Source: the human T2T-CHM13v2.0 reference genome, Homo sapiens. From it: a DNA stretch of 64,000 bases. Numbering within the stretch: the stretch's first letter is position 1; each line of letters starts with the position of its first letter. Below the pieces are notes generated by a model. That model made no database searches, was not told the origin of the DNA, and worked only from the letters and a program-made list of their open reading frames with translations. The position numbers and the translations under genes were made by a program. The DNA lies in the NCBI RefSeq assembly GCF_009914755.1, contig NC_060925.1. One strand, 5' to 3'. Of this stretch, positions 1-18,763 are shown in pieces.

Positions 1-47
1 GGCCTCCCAAAGTGCTGGGATTACAGGCGTGAGCCACTGCGCCCGGC
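1..47 (-). mobile_element. Alu 5' end (cut by window edge)
   Basis: ggcctcccaaagtgctgggattacaggcgtgagccactgcgcccggcc. Confidence 0.9.
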
Positions 48-1882
48 CAATTTTCTCTGTTAAATGTCTCTTCCTGTCTATGTATCTCCACCTCTGCTGC
101 CACCTTTCTAACTCAGTCTGCCTTTATCTCACAGAATACAATAGTAGCCATTGAAGGGGTCTTAGCCAAGGAAAGATGTGATTACTTTTGCATTTAAGAG
201 ATGTCTCAAGTTTATAATGTGGAGAAGAGACTGAAGAGTCAGAAAAATGAAGCGAGGAGTTAGTTATAAGACTATTGCTCATCTGTTAAGTCTTATATTA
301 GGTTTCTATGAAGGTGTATCTGCTGGGCAAATGAAAAGCCTAATTGCATAGAGTAAGAGATCAGTTGTCTTCTGCTCTGCTGCAGTCACGGAGAAAGCAT
401 TTCCTTCAAGCAAGCCAGCCTGTTCACCTGTGTTGTTGATCTATTCATTTCGTTCTAATTCCCAAGGGTATTGTCTTTCCTACCTGTCAGCCCTTTCCAC
501 TGGCTCAAGATGGCATGATGATTTTCCATCCAGGGGAAAGTCCTCCCTTGGCCATGTATTCTGCCTCGTTTCCCTCTTTCCCTACTTTTCCTGCTTCTCA
601 GAAGAGTGGGCTACATGTGGTGTCTGCCTTTTCCATTCAGGTCCCAATTTTAGCAGATTGCTGAAGCTTATCTAGTAAAGGTTACCATGGATCTCCAACG
701 GGCCCCTTCATCTCCACGTTGTCTTTTGCTGTGTCTTTTATTGTTACACACTCTCTTCTTCAGGATCATCTTACCTTGACTTCTGTGACATCTGGTTTTA
801 TTCTGTGACATTTCATGTTAGATGGTCCTCATTGATCTCTTTCATAAGTTCTTCTGTCTGCCCCATAAGTGCTTCTCAGAGTTGAACCTTCACGCTTCTT
901 ACCTCCCTGCTGCTGTCTCCCTGGTCCATTTTATCCATCATTCTCATCATTTCACTTTCCATCTATAGCTTGGTGGTATCCAGTCAATAGCTCTAGCTGT
1001 TCCTAGATTATTGGGGTTCAGACTTTTTATCTCCAGCTGTCCAGTTCTCTGCTGGACATCTAATCTGTATGTCCCACATACACCTCAGAATCTGTATAGC
1101 TAACTAATTCTTAGCCCCTGTACTTTACTGCCTTCCATCCCTAAGCTGTGGTGTCTATTTCAGGGCTGGCCCCACCACCCATTCTGTTGCCCAAAACAAA
1201 ACTGAACCATCACCCTGCCCTGCCCTTCTCTTTAGCACCTGTCATTACCCTTGTTTGGCTCTGTACCATCTCTGGCTTGAACTATTTCCATAGGTTTACG
1301 GTTATACTTCCTTTCATGGCTGTGTTTCCTGAAATTCATCCCTCTTACCAGTCCCTTGATTCCTCTATTTTCCCTTGGTTCTGCCCTCTGCCCTCTGCCC
1401 TTTCTTCCTGTCCAGCTGTTATTAGGATTATCTGAGTAACTGTTTCACCAACCCTTAATTCTCCTTTGCAATCTTTCCTTCCAGACTGACCAGGAAAAAA
1501 AGCAGCCTGGAATCTGCCAACTCACCTTCTCTGTTCCTATAACCAGGTGTCTGGCTGCTCCTGGGAGAGTGGGTGAGTTATACAGATCCACATTCTGCAG
1601 CCTCAGGATCCCTTCTTCCATCTGTCCCTTTTAGTCCAGTCTCAGAGAAAAGGCGCCTGCTCTCCTGGTCACAGCTAGCCACACCCCTGTGGTCGGAAGT
1701 CATCCCGTCCAGCCTCTTCTGAGACCTTTGGCATGCATCTGCTCCCTTTCCTCTATCTTCAGCCTTTCTCTCAGGGGACTTCTTCTATTTGGTCTATAAA
1801 CAGGTCCGAGGCTTTAACACCACTGAGCTGTATACTTAAAAATGGTTAAAATGGCATATTTTATGTTATGTGTATTTTAATG

Positions 1883-1885
<3 letters not shown>

Positions 1886-1913
<28 letters not shown>

Positions 1914-2200
1914 GAGACAGAGTCTCGCTCTGTCGCCCCGGCTGGAGGCAGTGGCTCTATCTTGGCTCACTGCAAGCTCCGCCTCCCAGGTTTACATCAT
2001 TCTCCTGCCTCAGCCTCCCGAGTAGCTGGGACTATAGTCACCCACCACCACACCCAGCTAATTTTTTTTTTTTCTATTCTTTAGTAGAGACGGGGTTTCA
2101 CCGTGTTAGCCAGGATGGTCTCAATCTCCTGACCTCGTGATCCACCTGCCTCGGCCTCCCAAAGTGCTGGGATTACAGGCATGAGCCACCACGCCCAGCC
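1886..2200 (-). mobile_element. AluY-like, in an old L1 3'-end fragment
   Basis: 28-nt poly-T followed by a full Alu body with gcaagctccgcctcc and ttagccaggatggtc. Confidence 0.9.
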
Positions 2201-2625
2201 AACACAATTTTTTAAAAGTGGAATGCTAATTAATAAAAACAAAAAAACAGGTCCAGGACTTTTGCATCTAGGGAGAGCATTTTTTGCTTTAATTCATATC
2301 ATCCCTTTACTTCTCATTCAAACTTTCCCATTATTCTGTGGCCACTGTCTTTAGTTCCTCAGCAGTTCATTTAGTCTTCAGTCCATTCAGTATGAGTTCT
2401 CTTCTGACTATATTTATAAACTTTTTTTTTTTTTTGGCACAATCACTGTTTCAGGTAACCTGAGTAAAACAAAGGAACACAGGTAAGAGGAAAGAGTTTA
2501 TCCCAGTTCCTCCCTGTTGAACTGAGCCCCCCAAAAGATAGGATATGCAGCAAGATAGAGATGGTGGTTGCACAACATTTGTGAATGTACAAAATACCAC
2601 TGAATAGTTCACTTTAAAATGATTA

Positions 2626-2985
<360 letters not shown>

Positions 2986-3770
2986 TCACTACATGTAATT
3001 GGGGTGCCAACACCTGTCCTCTGAGCTTCTGAGCTCATCCTAAAGCAAAGCACTCTCCTTTGGGAAGCATAAGGATTACTTATCCTACAGACTTCATTTC
3101 AAAGTGCTTGTTTAGGGGACAATGAAAATGGGCAAATCAGGGCTTCCTCAAGGATAGAAACTGACTTGCTCATCTCCAGGCCCTTGACAGTCCCAGCACA
3201 CAGCAAACATTTTATTTTCTTTACAAAAGAGCTAGAGGGCCATGTGAATAAAATAAGTTCCGTTGTGAGATTCTTTATTTCACTAATTATCCTTTGATAG
3301 CTTGGGACTTTGTGTGCCTGTGACTTGATAGATCTGATGTAGTCTGAGTCGGTAATTTCAATGTGATCTTGTATATTACCTTGTAATAGCATTGAGCCAG
3401 CTGGTGGAGCACTGCAGCAATACACTGAGAGAAGCCACTATTTGCTAGGACACTAGACCATGGGCAGCAACTTATTTTAGAGTTTGGATATAAACTTATT
3501 AACAAACCAAATGGAAAGGTGAAGTGTTTTCTTCACTCTAAAATGCTATCCTAGAAAGCCATTTTTCTTTTAATTTCTGGCCTTTAAACTTCTTTAAATA
3601 GGCTCATTTATCTACTATGACTGTGTTGGGAAGTTGTCAATTAAGAAGACACTATCTTTGAGTTATAGAAGATTAATCCATTTGGAACTAGTCATACTGG
3701 TTTGAGTAAAGCTTTCTGACTTTTCTGTTATTGTTGTTAGAAATTATTCCTGCTTTTCCTTTCCTTTTAG

Positions 3771-3962
<192 letters not shown>

Positions 3963-5986
3963 TAAAAAAATAAAGAAATAAAAGTCTCATCTTAAAATTA
4001 AACAAAAAAAAAAACAGTCTCTTTTTCAACCCCTCACAATTTAATCAACTCAAGGACAGCTCACTTGGTCAATCAAAAGCCTAGGGCCTAATCATCAGGC
4101 CTCCAGTCTAGGCAGAAGAGGATGTGCATCTCTGAAGGTTGTTTTCTGTTTTTTTGTTTCCTTTTAACTGCAGACCTACAGGCTTCAGACTAACTTAGTC
4201 AAGTAAGACTTATAGACTAACTTAATGCCAGATATTCAGTAACGTTACAAAAGAAATACAAAGAATTCCTGTATATACTTCACCTAGATTCCCTTACAGC
4301 ATTTCCTTTATCCTTTTCCTAATACTCTGCTGTGTTTTTCCTATAATTAAGGGCATTATCTTATGGTACAAGTATCAAAATAAGGAAATTAACATTGAAC
4401 AAATACTAGTAATACTGACCTGACTCATATTTCACCAGTTGTCCCAGTCATGTCCTGTCTAGCTAAAGAAAATCGTAGCTCATGTGTTGCGCTAGAAATC
4501 CTAGAAAGTGTTCAACTTTCTTCTGTATCCACTTCCATATTAGACTCTTTTAATCTAAAATAATTCCTTAGTATCTGTATTTGTGTTTCATGCTAATTTT
4601 TTTTTTTTTTAAAGAACAGGCTAATTATTTTGAAGTGTGAAATGGTTTGAATTTGAGTGATGTTATCTCAGTATTGGGCTCGGGTTGTGTACCTTTGCTA
4701 GGAACACCCCGGAAGCGATGCATTCTTCTCAGTGGGTCGTGTCAGCAATGCATGGTGCCTGTCGGTTTCATTACTGGAGATGTTTCACTTCCATCAGTTG
4801 GTTATCGTTATGACTGCCAGGTTTCTCTGCTGTAAAGTTATTATTTTTTCCCTTTATAATTAATGAATATCTTGTGAAAAGACTCTTTGAAAATGGCTAA
4901 ATACCCTGTTTTGCATCATACTTTACCCCACTCGTTTTTGCACCCACTGATGATTTTTGCCTGAATTAATTATTATGTTAATGATTGCCAAATGATGACT
5001 TTTCTAATTTCATAAAGAGCTTTCCTTATGAAGAGTATTTTTACTTATTTGTGTTTTATATTTTTTTCTTCTAGGAAAGCTCTTAACTTCACTTGCCTTC
5101 CTCCTCATCCCTTTTAATATTTTGTTTTAATTCAGTCATTTACTTTCCTGTCAAATATTTCTTCTTCCTACTGACTGTTTTCGAGATTGCTGACTTATAC
5201 CCTGAATCTGTCAGAGAATGTTACAGTGTTTGGGACCAAGGGTGGTGGTGAGCCATTTCTTAAGTGATGATCACAGATTACCTGGCCTCTGTTACATTTA
5301 GATTTCAAAAAAACAGATAACACATGGATACCAGTGAATCTTGAGATTGATGGCCTGAGGAGTATATTTGGAAACTCAAATTATCCCTCCCAGCCACATG
5401 ACACCCATTCACCCTGGCAGTGAGTCCAGCACATAGAGAAATACCATTCTTCTCACCTTGTCCTATGAATTTGTAGATTTTTTTTAATCTCTCCAAGAGA
5501 AGCTTTGTTTTCTCTTACTACAACCAACCAATTCAATACAGTGGTTAACAGTTGGCTTTTTAAGTCAGACTGACTTGGGTTCCATTCACAGCTCTGCCAT
5601 TTATTGGATGCATGACCATTTTACAAACAAGAAAGCTAAGGCTTAGACCTTGTTAATTATGTGGTATTAAACAAAGCACGTAAGATAACTGTATATAAAA
5701 TGATGCTAATATAGTGCCCAACTAATATATGTTAGCGATCATCACTGTTATTATTCTGATCCATAAAAATTTACATTTTTAATATTCTTGCATTATGTGA
5801 AATTGTTTAACTAGAAACAGTACTTTTACCTTATCAGAGCAAATCGTTTATGTGTATGGCAAAAAGGCAGAAAAAGAGGATGGGTATTCCCTCTAAATAT
5901 AGACTTATTCTTCCGTTTTCTGATTTGAGATGTGATTTGATAACATGACAACTGAAATTATTCAAAATGTAACATTTACTTTCAAG

Positions 5987-6116
5987 CTACAAAGAGCCAT
6001 CCAGGAGCATCCTGTTGTTCTGCTGCCTAGTCATCGAAGTTACATTGACTTCCTCATGTTGTCTTTTCTTCTATACAATTATGATTTGCCTGTGCCAGTT
6101 ATAGCAGCAGGAATGG
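5987..6116 (+). CDS. GNPAT: GNPAT exon 4, with acyltransferase motif I (HRSYID = HX4D)
   Basis: ttcaag acceptor, G|gtatgt donor, 130 nt; [43 protein letters not shown] lies in ORF 5945..6178. Confidence 0.97.
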
Positions 6117-6439
6117 GTATGTATTGTTTTTCTGTTTTTTTAACTGTAAAAATTAAAAAGTTCACTGGCATATTCTAGCAGTACTGAGGTATTTGAAGAT
6201 GATGATGAAAATAGCCTCTCCTCCTTTCTTCCAGTCCTAGCACTGAATAACTTGAGTTATGTCCTTTGTCCTGTGCTTTACTGTGCCTGAACAGACATCT
6301 GCAGGAGTTCATGCACACAGGGTTCTTTGGTGTAGGCTTAAAAAATGAGACTGCACTACTTACAGGTATTAGCTGCCTTTTGCTTTTTTTATTTGATAAT
6401 ATATTAATGGCTACCTCTCTAGGCAATAAATAGATCTAA

Positions 6440-7560
6440 CTTTTTAAAGTTTATTTTTAATTGTGATAAAATACATATAACATCAAATTTGCCATCTAAG
6501 TCATCTTCAAAAATATAGTTCAGTGGCATTAAGTACATTTACATTGTTGTGCTGCTATCAACACCATCCATCTCCAGAACTCTTCATCTTGCAAAACTGA
6601 AATGGTACCCATTCAACACACTCCCCGTTCTACCCTCCCCCTGACCCTGGGCAATCAGCATTCTACTTTCTGTCTCTGTGAACTACTCTAGATGCTTGAT
6701 ATAGGTGGAATCATACAGTACTTGTCCTTTTGTGACTGGCATATTTCACTTAACAGAATGCCCTCAAGGTTCATCCATGTTGCAGCATGTGTCAGAATTT
6801 CCTTCCTTTTTGAAGTTGGAAATGCATCTGCTCAAGACCCTGCTTTCCATTTTTTTATATATATACAAAAATGGTATATATGGAATTGCTGGGTCTTGTG
6901 GTAATTTTTTTTCATTTTTTGAGGAACCACCATACTGCCTTCCTTAGCAGCTGCACCATTTTACATTCCCACCAAAAGTGCACAAGAGTTCCAGTTGTTC
7001 TACATCCTTGCCAACACCTGTTATTTTCTGATATGTTTTATAATAATTTTAATGAGTGTGAAGTGGTATCTCCTTGTAGTTTTGATTTGCATTTCCCTAA
7101 TGATTAGTGATGCTGAGCATCTTTTTTGTGTGCTTATTGGCCATTTGTATATCTTTGGAGAAATGTCTGTTCAAGTCCGTTATTTTTTAATTAGGTTGTT
7201 TGGGGCTTTTTTTGTTGAGTTGTAGGAATTGTTTCTACATCCTGGATATTCACCCCTTATCAGACAGATGATTTGCAAATATTATCTTCCATTTCATGGG
7301 TTACCTTTTCACTCTGTTGATTGTGTTATTTGATGCATGGAAGTTTTTAATTGATGTAGTCCAATTGATCTATTTGTTTCTTTGGTTCCCTGGTTCCCTG
7401 TGCTTTTGGTATCAGATCGAAGAAATCATTGCCAAATCCGAGGTCATGAAGCTTTTCCCTTATGTTTTATCCTAAGAGTTTTATGGTTTCAGGTCTTACA
7501 TTAAGATCTTTGGTTTTTTGAGTTAATTTTTGTATATGGTGTAAGTTAAGGGTCCAACTT
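6440..7560 (-). mobile_element. Old L1 (L1MA/L1MB-type) 3' fragment in intron 4
   Basis: Typical antisense L1 3' sequence: gttttgatttgcatttccctaatgattagtgatgctgagcatc, agaaatcattgccaaatccgaggtcatgaag. Confidence 0.85.
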
Positions 7561-8334
7561 CATGTCTAACATTAATTTTAATAGCCATATAATATTCAGC
7601 AGTGTGGATATTTCATAATTTAGTAGTTTTGCTGTTATAAACAATGTCATAATACATTTTTATATTGGTGCTTTTATTCCTGTAAGATCGATTCCTAAAA
7701 GTGGGATTGCTAAGGCATATAAGTTGTTTATCCACTCCCTTTTAGGGTAGCCAGGAAAGCCAGGATTCAAGTATACACGTTTGTTAATAAATGCAGTGAA
7801 TGGTAAGGTTAAAACTGCCAAGAACTTAAGCACTTTAAAAGCATTTTCATCTGAACAAACTTGTGAGGAAGTTATTTGAAAACTAGGGGAAATGAAGAGA
7901 AAGACTATTTTAAAACTGCTGGTAGCAATCTTCCTTTCTTACAAGATTTGCCTTATTTAATCTCTTCCAACAAAAGTAGGTTGATGTTTTTTCCTGGTAG
8001 GCAAAAGATGAGAGCGGGTTTGGCCTGGCTGTCCAGAGCATGAAGGGCACATATTGGTCTGTTGTCAGGCTCAGCAGCATGGCTGACTAAAGACATTGAC
8101 ATCATGACATTGTCATGTTGCTCTGCTGTTGCCCCTGGCTCTAGCTGGCCTACTTGTAAAGGGAGTGGTGCATGGAGAAGCACAAGGTAACCTCCCAGTG
8201 AGCACCTGGCCCACAGAATCCCTTCTTTTCTATAATTCTATTAGGTATCTCTTATGTATTTTAATGTCAAAGTATAATAATATCATAGGGGTGTCTTACA
8301 TTTATGAAATCTTTCTTAATAATGTTTGAGTTTA

Positions 8335-8470
8335 GGCCAGGCACAGTGGCTTATGCCTGTAATCCCAGTACTTTGGGAGGCCGAGGCAGGAGGACTGCTT
8401 GAGGCCAGGAAGTTTGTGACCAACCTAGCCAACATAGCGAGACCCTGTCTCATAAAATAAAATAATAAAA
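8335..8470 (+). mobile_element. FLAM/Alu left monomer
   Basis: Single Alu arm with A-rich tail. Confidence 0.8.
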
Positions 8471-8556
8471 TATAAATGAAAAATAAGCATGTTTAAGTTT
8501 AGATCTTTATAGAAGATTTCAAGATCTGCAAATAAATATTATCCCCTCTTTTTTAG

Positions 8557-8684
8557 ACTTCCTGGGAATGAAAATGGTTGGTGAGCTGCTACGAATGTCG
8601 GGTGCCTTTTTCATGCGGCGTACCTTTGGTGGCAATAAACTCTACTGGGCTGTATTCTCTGAATATGTAAAAACTATGTTACGG
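8557..8684 (+). CDS. GNPAT: GNPAT exon 5, motif II (GAFFMRR)
   Basis: ttttag acceptor, CGG|gtaaat donor, 128 nt; overlaps ORF 8568..8768. Confidence 0.97.
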
Positions 8685-8861
8685 GTAAATGCAAATAATT
8701 CCCAACTACTCTTAAGCCATATTTTCTTCACTGATGTTTGCTCATTTAAACTCTTAACTTCTGAATAGAACACTTAGCTATTTTGCTTTCCCTCAAGAAC
8801 TGCTTATAACCTCAGCAATTGGTTTAATCTGTGTGACTCTCTTGTTTAATTTTCACTGTAA

Positions 8862-9107
<246 letters not shown>

Positions 9108-9189
9108 TAAAACTTGACGCTTTATTTAACAAGATATTCTTTTCAAGTGTAAATGTATAACTGTTGATATTTACGGGATTAGTGTATAA

Positions 9190-9468
<279 letters not shown>

Positions 9469-9540
9469 TGACTGACACATCAACTAATTTCTAAATTTAC
9501 TGCTTTTCGTTTTCTTCCCCCCCTGTTATGGTACTATTAG

Positions 9541-9711
<171 letters not shown>

Positions 9712-10905
9712 TAAAATCCAAAGGTGTGAGTTGCAATGCTGGAGTTGACCACTTCTCTTGATTTACTTAAGATTACAGAGAAAATGATCAGAAATGCTGT
9801 TATCATTCCGTTTTCATCAGTGGAAACCTTCAATTAAAGAAGAATTATGTGTTTGTCCCAAAAAAAGATAAGCTGTGAGATATGTATGTCAAATATGCAA
9901 AATCAGACAATGATCATGTTTCTCAAGGGAACTAAAGTGGGAATAAATAATGCCATTATTAACAAGTATATGTGCAGGAATTGTTGAGCACTATTGGTAA
10001 GCTAGCCAAAGTATGTACTATTATTTTTGACCCTAGAAAGGATTGCATAATGGTAATGAATGGGAGTGAGTCCTTAGTCTCTAGAGAGTTATAGTTTTAT
10101 AGGCAAGAAAATATATTAGGTTCTTTCAGGATAAAGAACACAGATACACATTTGAGTTTTCTTAATTAGGAGAAATATACCTGGACAAGTAAGGGAGACA
10201 AACCATCTGCCCCTCCAGGCCTCATGTGCTGCAACATCATTTGTAACTTATCTGTAGCTTTAGCAGTTTCCCAGCAGCTACATTAGTCATCACAGACGCT
10301 TATGTTAGTTTTTTTCCTGACACAGGCTCTCTCTTTAGATCTCAAATTGGTTTGGCTGGCTATTACCTAGTACAGGGCACCCTTACTGGCTGCATCTTTC
10401 ACATTAAGCCACCTGTGTGGCAATTTTTAGGTCATGTGTGTATCTCTGCTCCAGCCAGCTCTGTGCAGGCCTTATTGTACTATTCAAAGTTTGGTAATCC
10501 ATGCATGAAGTCAGACAAACTGAATGGCACCCATTCAGTATAAAATAGTTATTATATAATCTGTTAAGTGTGTTCTACAATGGAGATATGTTCAGCGTGC
10601 TATGCATTCTGAAAAGATAGTAATTTAGTCTACTGGGGCAGGCATCCATTCTCAGAGAAACGATGTATCCTATTTAGGAAGCAACAAAAGTTTTTTGCCT
10701 GGAACCAGGAATAATAGGACCCTGGACCCCTTCAGTATTTTTACCATCTCTCAAGAGGATATTCCAGAAATGTATGGTCAGATTACACTATAGTAAAGCA
10801 AAGGAATACTGTTTGCACCTGACCTGAGAGAATTCAGTTGGCACAAAGTATGAGAAGCCTTCTAAAACGTCTAGAGTCTTTTTCCATCCCCATTTGTCTA
10901 AGTAA

Positions 10906-11172
<267 letters not shown>

Positions 11173-11284
11173 TAGGTAGGACATATGTGTTGAGAATGCT
11201 TGCTTAATTTGGAAGAGTTAAAACCTGGACCTGAAAAATCTATAGAGGACTTGAGCAAAGGATTGCTCAGAAAGAGAAAGGACA

Positions 11285-11581
<297 letters not shown>

Positions 11582-11704
11582 GAGAAAGGACACCAAATCT
11601 GTTTTTATCACTATAGGACACAGTGAACACAGCACGTTGATTATTTGAGAATAATTGTTTACATGTCATTTCCCACTACGAGACTCTGAATATCTTGAGG
11701 ACTA

Positions 11705-12264
<560 letters not shown>

Positions 12265-13924
12265 TCAACCCAATACTGAATACCTCCTCTGTGCTGGGTA
12301 CTACCAGGGATATGAAGATGAACAAGATGCCATCCCCATCCTGGACGTTCCCCTGGGTTGCAGAGGGCAGGGTGGGTGGGTAATGTGTAAACAAGTTGTG
12401 AGGGTTCAGTGAACAGAGACAAGGAGCAACATGCATGCTGCAGAGGGTTCCTGAGAGTGCTGCAGAGGAAAGGGACCATACTCAGGAAGACTTCACAGAA
12501 GCGACTTTTGAACCCTTCAGGAAGACCAGGAGAGGATCCTCGCCAAGGCAGGGATGAGGAATGCAAGATGGGAGGCTTGGGCCCCAGAGATTCATCAGTG
12601 ATATTAAAGTGTTGGCCCAGATGGGGTGGTGGGTAGATGGAAAATAAAGATGGACCTCCCCGCCTCCTCCCCACCATCCACCATCAGAAGACTGGAGGTA
12701 TAGAAACAAGTTAGGAGGCTGCTCTGTCCCAATGAGAAATGCAGGATGCCTGAGATGCCTGAGCCGCAGCAGTGGAGGCACTCAGGGCACAGCCAAGAGA
12801 TGAGGAGGATTTACTGACAAAAATGCCAGTCACCAAGAGAGAGACAAATCAGACACCTGTTCTCAGTGCTGTGATGGGCTGGGTCTGGTAGGAGGCAAAG
12901 GATGTGTTAATTATGATACAAGTAGCAAGTGTTGGATGTCATGAGAAATAGCTAAAAGGGCTCAAACCCATCATTGTTTGGCCCAGGAACATATGAAAAC
13001 ATAGGTACTTGTTTTTCTAAAGTGTTTTGCTTTTTCAGGATGGGATAAATGCCATAACTAATCCATAACTAAGAGTATCTGTTCAGTGTCACTACAGTTC
13101 TGTTCCTTTTTTCTTTTTTTATGCAGATTACCCCACATTCCTAAGCATGTTCATATCTCAAGCTTTTTATGATCATTTCACATAAAATATTATTCAATTG
13201 AGCAAGCTGAGACAAGGCAAGTTGTTCAAGAATGAATGTGATCAAGTCCAGGAGGAAGCCATACCTCTCACTTGTCCCTGCCTTGAAGCAGTAGCAGAAC
13301 TTGCCACCCAACTTGAGCAGTGTGCCACTGCCAGCCAGCTCTTTGGCTCAGGTTAACTGCAGAATAATTTTCCGTGCTGAGAATATTTGTTAAATATCAC
13401 CATCTCTTCATTATGCTTCTGTAATTCTACCTGCCTGGCAGCTGTCTGCAGGCCAATATGTCAGGTGATAAGCTACCAACTGCCATGGAGCTGCCCCTTT
13501 AGTTATCTTTGATTTGGGGAAAACTGCAAAGTGATATTTTTACCATTTTAGTATGGGTCTAAGCAAGGGGTGTGTGTGCATGTGTGTGTGTGTTGTATGT
13601 TTTAATGTATTCATACACTAATCATGGGCCTTTTTCTTAGTATTCTTACATTCCCGTGCATGTGACTTTCCAGTTATGTAACTTGCTGTTAGAAAACTTT
13701 AGATTCCCTTGGTTCCTGAAGTACACAGAAGTGGTGTTCATTTTCAGAGTAGAAACTGATGTGCCTTTCAGAATGGCTGACAAATTTTGGGGGTAAGAAA
13801 GTATGTTACATGTCCTTAGAGAGAGAGAAAGAATTGATTTATGAAATAGTACTTTTAAATTTTTCTTCAGATTTGGTATCATTACCGTAATTGGTAGACA
13901 GTAAAACCTGTCACTTGAAAATGA

Positions 13925-14293
<369 letters not shown>

Positions 14294-15084
14294 TAGAAGA
14301 GGTCTGGCCATTCCATTCCATTTAGGGAGCCACATTTGAAGCCTTGTAATGTTCAGCCTCACGCCGGTGAAGAGCAGGCCTATCACTGAGAAAAAGTTAG
14401 CTTTGTTCCCCAAATACTTGTTCATCTGCTTCGAATTTTGGAATTGGGAGGACCTGGAAATAATCTAAACCTTTCCTTCTATAAATATGGAAAATGAGGC
14501 CTAGAAAGTTGCATAATTACTGAGAGAAGGATCTGGCATTTGAGTACAGTTCTCCACTTCCTGGTCTGCGGCACTGTTTTGGCTGTGCCAGCTCCCTGAT
14601 CCAGCAAAGGCAGGTGGGCAGATGAGCAGTCAGCAGTCGATGAGTACTCCCGAGATGCATGGTCTTGTTCTAATTGTATCAGGAGTATAAAAATGAGTAC
14701 AGTACACGTCATGTTCACAGGAGCCTGTAGTCAAGGCCAGGGGGTTCTGTCAAGGCCCTATGTTAGAATTACTAGGGGAGTGAGCCCCACCCCAAAGTTT
14801 CTTCAGTTGACCTGGGGTATGGGCCAGCCATTGGTGTTTGGTTTTGGTTTTGGTTTTGGCTTTTCAAAGCTCCACAGTGATTCTAAGGAAAAGTGCTACA
14901 GATATAATAAAGATACCAGGAAATATGAATATAGAGGGAAATTAAGAAATCAGTACCTTTCCTTCCCTACTAGGGAGCCATGGGGTAGGGAAAAATGAAG
15001 CGTCCTGGCCTCTAAGGACTGTGATGTCTCGCTGAGTAGAAGCCTGGTTGTAGGTTAGAGTCAATCATTTAAAAACTATGCTAG

Positions 15085-15426
<342 letters not shown>

Positions 15427-15550
15427 TTAGCTTCCCTCAGGGGACTTAATTCTTGTCCCTGTTACATGAATAAAATATGCCTTTGAAATACATTTTGTGA
15501 TAGTAAGGACTTCCTGGTACTCCCTTAAAGTTTAAAGGGCAATGTTGTAA

Positions 15551-15694
<144 letters not shown>

Positions 15695-15952
15695 TGAGTT
15701 CTAGAAATGTTAGGGGTGAATTCACAGATGTGTCTCAGGCAGTGTGCCATCCCTTTCTTCAAGGCAAAGTGGGGCAGACTTCAAGAGAAACTGGGGCGCT
15801 CACAGTTCAGCAGACTCTAGTTTGATTCTTGATCAAGTTTAATTAATAACTTAGGGATTATATGGTGAGAGGAGAGTCATTCTTTGAACTATCAGTGTGG
15901 CCATTACAACTAAACTAACTTTATTTTAGTAAACGTTTAAAAATCAGCACAC

Positions 15953-16324
<372 letters not shown>

Positions 16325-16447
16325 TTACTTTGAGAGTAGTGAGTGCTGGTCCTGCCTGGTCTAGACAGCTGAGGGGTCATCAGGCTCGCAGAGCTGGACT
16401 GCTGCTGGGTTGAAGTGGGAAGTGACAGTAGATGAGAGGCATGTTAG

Positions 16448-16814
<367 letters not shown>

Positions 16815-17185
16815 AGAAATTTTTTAACCATAGCATAATTCTAAGTATTTTTAGGACTTGCTGTATGTATTTCCTATTTAAATTAAGGAGTGGTTCTGCA
16901 AAGTAAAAGAAAATCCATCACCCAGGTTGTGATTTGTAAGGCTCAGAAATGTTGTGTTTGAAAACATTTTGAATGTAGAGCAGATGCTTCTCTGGCTACT
17001 ATCTCACAACCAGAATTGTTCTGGAGGTTGGGGAAATAGCTGGTATTCTGTTGTCTGAGGGCATGTGGCTGCATATATTCAGATAGGCAGTGTATCCATT
17101 AACCTAGATGAGGGGGTACATGTATTCAGATGGGCACTATACCCATTAACCTAGATGAACATTATGGCTTCCTCTTCCCTTCTAG

Positions 17186-17458
<273 letters not shown>

Positions 17459-18478
17459 TAATACGATCAGTGATTTCACCTCACCAGTGAGACCTTGCTC
17501 CCCGCATTCAGGAGGAAGCTTGGTTCATTACAGACCCAAGAGGACAACAGCTTAGTGATGCCATGGTCACAGTATTCACAGGACCACAGTTACACCCACG
17601 CATCATCTGTCATACTGTGTCTCATGTCTTAACGAGGCCTTCATGTCAGTCAATATGTAACCTCGAGGTTTGATATATATCAGGCACTCAGTAAAGGCAA
17701 GACTTGAGTGATACATAAAGTCAGTTACAGATTACCAGATGTTTATGTTGGAAAGAAAAAGTTCAAGTGCAAGTTCTGAAAGCGTTTGTCAGAGCTCTTG
17801 GGAGTAGTTAGAGAGATGGGATGGTATGTTGCCCAGCAGGAATTGTGGCAGGACTCAACGGGAGAGAAAGAGTCTGAAACATAAACTGTAGGAAGGACTT
17901 CCACATGCTTGAGAGAAGAGGATGCTGTGACTCGGCTCTGTTCATATAATACATGCACTGGCTCTGGGCACCTGGACCCACTTCCTGGTGCTTGTGGTCC
18001 GTGAAATAACTCATTCAGCCTCCTTGCACAAAGTCTAGCACTTACTGAGCATTTGATAAATGCTAGTTCTACCCTTAATCACTGTTCTACAGTAGAAATC
18101 ATCAAGTATTTTAGGGCATGGTACTTTGTTAGGTGTATTTAGAGAAAAAAAGCAAAGTTATTAAAATCTGACCCCTCTCTTCCCAAGTAGCATAAGAGAT
18201 ACGAAGCTGATGGTAATTAACTTGTACCCCTTGAAGTGAGAAATTATACTTTAATAAATGTCATTATTATTTTAAATCTTTTTCTAATTGTAAAATGTAA
18301 ACTCAAAGGAGATGCCCTAAAAATTCTTTGGTTTTTCTGGGCTCATTCCTTGGAGGGTCTTTATGCTGCTCTCTTGTGATATATCCTTCTCTTAAGAGGG
18401 GCAATGTAAAGTTATTTACTATTCTGTTGAACTTGGCTATCCTTTTTCTCTTTCTGTTCCCCTCATCCTTCCTCTTAA

Positions 18479-18607
<129 letters not shown>

Positions 18608-18610
18608 TGA

Positions 18611-18763
<153 letters not shown>

